A stretch of DNA of 64,000 nucleotides, taken from the NCBI RefSeq assembly GCF_009914755.1, contig NC_060927.1, one strand, 5' to 3'. Source of the stretch: the human T2T-CHM13v2.0 reference genome, Homo sapiens. Each line of letters begins with the position of its first letter. The stretch's first letter is position 1. A program made the position numbers and the translations under genes. Below, in pieces: positions 60,508 to 64,000 of this stretch. The notes under the pieces were generated by a model. The model was not told the origin of the DNA. It was given only the letters and a program-made list of their open reading frames with translations, and did no database searches.

Positions 60508-62662
60508 TACCTTGTTGTTTTAAAGGCTATGTAGCAATTCATTATTTGTGTATAACTTAATTTACTTAACAGGGCCCCAGTGGATGGACTTTTAGGTTGT
60601 TTTCAATTTTTTATTATTACAGAAATGCTGTAGTAGACATTCTTGTATATTTGTGCATTTATTTCTGTGGAAGAAATGCTTAGTAATAACTGGATCAAAG
60701 GTTTGATAATTTAAAATGTTCATTTTGCCAAATTGTCCTCCAGTAGATTATGGTAATGTTTTCGTTAACAGTGCCTATACCCATTCTTCATATTTTTAAT
60801 TTTTTTCTAATTGGGAAAACATTTTGTTTTTATTTGATAATGACAGAGAATCATATTTTCATATTTTTGTTAGTCATTTATATTTTTCTTTTGGGAATTG
60901 CCTGGTCCTGTCTTTTGCTATTTTTGAAAAAAATTCAGTGTACCTTTTTAAGGTTGATTTGTAGTGCCTTCTAAAATATAGATAGTAACCCTTTATTAGA
61001 GCCATTGAATGCCTCCTATTAATATGTGCTGGTGCTGGAAACATATTAGTAAACAAAACAGATATAGATCTTGTGGTTTAATTGGACTGGTACTGAACAA
61101 ATGGTCAGAGGCAAAACTATGTAATTAAAATTGTGTTCAGTGCTTGGAAACAACAAGATCTAAACCTGAACTGGAGATTAGGGGGCATCTGTACAAACTC
61201 CTTGAAATGAGGAAGATCAGATGATTTAGAGGAAAAGATCCAGGTGGAAAGAAAGGACTGAACAAAGGGCACATAGTGCGAGTTTTGGGAGTTGGAGGGG
61301 CTCCAGAACCTCCAGAGCCTGGAAGGCTGTGCTAGGATTTTCTTCTTCATCCTCGGGGCTGTTGGAAAGTTTGGAAGATTTATAGGCTGGAGAGTGGCAA
61401 GATGAAATTTGGATTTTATGAATATGATTAGTACAGAGAGGCAGCGAGCACTGCAGGGAGAATGAATGGGAAGTGGGGAAGACGACAGGTATGTCAGAAA
61501 GCAGAGGTGGCAGTTCTGCAGTGAGGAAGATGGTGGTTCAAGTCATGGGTGGCAACTTCATGGTGGAGGAAACCGAGACTGTCGGGAATGTTTCCCTTGA
61601 GAAGCCATGTTAATGTTATGGCTGGCTCTTCTTAGCTGTCGTTTAGGCCAGTGGCCTCTATTAATTTTGCTTAGTTACATTACACAGATGGTTTGGTTTT
61701 GCCCTAGAGGGGAGCAGCAATGCTGTTTTTATGGTGTGCCCTCCTCCTTTTGAGAAAAAAAGTTTTACAGCATGTAATTCTGACCTATAACTTCTCAGAG
61801 TAATTGCAGAGCACTAATTGGGCACTTCCTCTCTACAGTCTGCCAACACTTCATACGTTTATTAACTTAAGGTAGAGACATGTATTTTATCTATAAGATA
61901 TTGAGGTCTCGATACATTGTGATGCTGTAGCAAGGTTTGCTGGTTATCTGGGTTATGTCCTATTTCTTTGGATTTTTTTCTAGTTAGAACTTTTCGGTAT
62001 AAGCTACCATAAATTATGAAATGAATCACTTGCCTGATAACTTTCTGATAGATGATTATAGCAAAATAACATTTTCAGGCTAAAGAATAAAAGAGTTTGA
62101 TGGAGTTCTTTATAATTAGGTTGTTACTGGCTTATATATTTTTTACATAATTACATACAAAACAATATTGATATAGGCATTCCTTAAGGATTTTGTTTAA
62201 ATCTGAAATATGTGGTTGTGTGGATAAATATATAGGTATTCTTATTCTTCAGGTTCTCTGTTAGCTGTTTTTCTTTTTTTTCAGTCGCATGAATTTAAAT
62301 GACATTTGAGTTATATAGAAGTTTGAAATCGATAGAAGCGTTTAGTAATCCTTGAGTGATGTTTTACCAGACAAGTAAATTGAATCTGGTCATTTTTTTC
62401 CTCAGAAGATAATAATTGTGATGAAAGAAGGGTTAGAGAATCAATACATGTAAGGTAGCCAACTAGATTGAAAGAGTAATTATTGATTAAAATTTAGCAG
62501 TAGATAGCACTTCTCTGAATTCTCTCCTAAGATTAAAGAGAAAATTAGAGTGAAGTGCAGCATGTTTTTAAATAATCTAGTCGCACGAGACATTTTCGCC
62601 AGGGTTCTATTCTCTCTGTATTTTGAGAAAACGAGGAGGCATGCAAAATATTTACCTACCAA

Positions 62663-62829
62663 ATTATTATTAGAGATGAGGTCTCCCTGTGTTGCCCAGG
62701 CAGGAGCGTGGTGGCTATTCATGGGCATAATCATAGCTCACTGTATTCTCAAATTCCTGGGCTCAAGCGATCCTCCTGCCTCAGCCTCCCAGGTAGCTGG
62801 GATTACAGGTACATACCACCATGCCCGGC
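62663..62829 (-). mobile_element. FAM-like fossil Alu monomer
   Basis: Retains 7SL-like GGCTATTCA segment absent from dimeric Alus. Confidence 0.7.
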
Positions 62830-64000
62830 TCTACTTACTGAATTTTATAAAAATCCTGAAACAAGAATTAAGAAGAGTTTTGACAATTGGCCTTTTTACT
62901 TTCCTACATTACTTGTGAACTTTTTCCCATGACTTAGGGAAGGCCACCTTTATATCCAGAAAGAAATCCCACGTTATTGGATATTCTTTTGGTACTACTT
63001 GGTTTCTCTACTGGCACATCTCTGTGCCCTTTTGGGTGACGTCTTCTTAGGTAATTTGCAGATTAGAACTTCAGGGTCTTTGGGCTTCTTTAATGTCTTT
63101 GGGCTGATCATGAAGTATAGTATTACTATTTATAGTAATGTACTTGTCTAGTGTAAATTAATTTTTAATAATTAACCTGTGCTAGTTAATTTGAAAATAG
63201 GTATTGGATTTATCATTAAAGTATTTCATTTTTCAAGTTAACTCCTGGGATGGTTTTATGGTGAGCGGTAAGTAAAGCAGATAGTATTTGCTAGGTACCA
63301 AGCTTTGTAGCATTGCACATTTTGTAAACTCGAAGGATGGAAACAATCAGTTTGAAGTTCAATTGTATGTTTGAATAATACTGATGATCTTTTTTTCCTT
63401 TGTCATGAAATGTATAGTTTAAAAATGTGTATTTTTACTTTTTGAATAGGTAATGTATTTACATGGTTCTGATTTCAAAATATAGCAAAAAATAGCAATT
63501 TAGTTAAAAAATTACTATGTAGGAAAGTTTCCTCTTTATAATGCCTCTGCCTGCCTGCTGTAAACTGACTTTGACTCACATCTTTAAATGATGCCTTTAG
63601 ATCTGGGTGATCTTTTCGTATCAGAACAAACGTTATGTTTTTGTCTTTTTCACTAGTAAGTAGTGCATCTGTATTGACATTTTTGAGACCCACATTTTGA
63701 AACAACTAATGATCCTTGTGAATCTAGATCTGTATTTTAATAATCACACATGTAAGGATTCATATGTATTAGCCTTTCTTTGATGCTCTTCGTGTTCATA
63801 TTTTGTCAATTTCTGTTTTCTTTGACTAAGGTGTAACGAGTTTAAAAATATTCTACATATTTGTCACTATAATCATGAGGTACAGAGTTAGTTCTTAATC
63901 AGTTTTTTCCCCCCAAAATCCATTTAGCAGAAATTAATCAGTTTTTAAAGTACAGCTTCCCCAAAGCAACATGGTATCTCTTGGGAGATGACTAGTTTGG

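Overview
Human-type (primate) genomic DNA, rich in Alu, L1 and LTR repeats. The only protein-coding sequence I can identify is the first coding exon of SLC25A26 (mitochondrial S-adenosylmethionine carrier; MDRPGFVAALV followed by a GTGAGT donor, 49658-49690). It sits in a CpG-island promoter, which places the window at 3p14.1; the last 14 kb is its intron. The unusual part is about 11.4-32.2 kb. It holds three kb-scale, highly degenerate hexamer arrays of telomere-variant type (TCAGGG dominant, also TGAGGG/TAAGGG/TTAGGG), each attached to paralogous non-repeat flanks. Together they form an ancient + / - / + triplication. Units 1 and 2 are an old inverted duplication centred on a small CpG-rich promoter-like element (RFX X-box, NRF1-like and MYB-like motifs, strong 5' splice site). 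Arrays B and C meet head-to-head at GGGTCA-AGT-TGACCC. Outward transcription from the centre would cross a conserved acceptor-like module and then read G-rich, TERRA-like repeats in both directions; this is inference and untested. Also present: a decayed ERV1 pol, a tailless U2 fragment, a fold-back AT-rich microsatellite complex, a full THE1 element and an 18-aa uORF before the SLC25A26 ATG. Repeat subfamily calls and boundaries are by eye and approximate.
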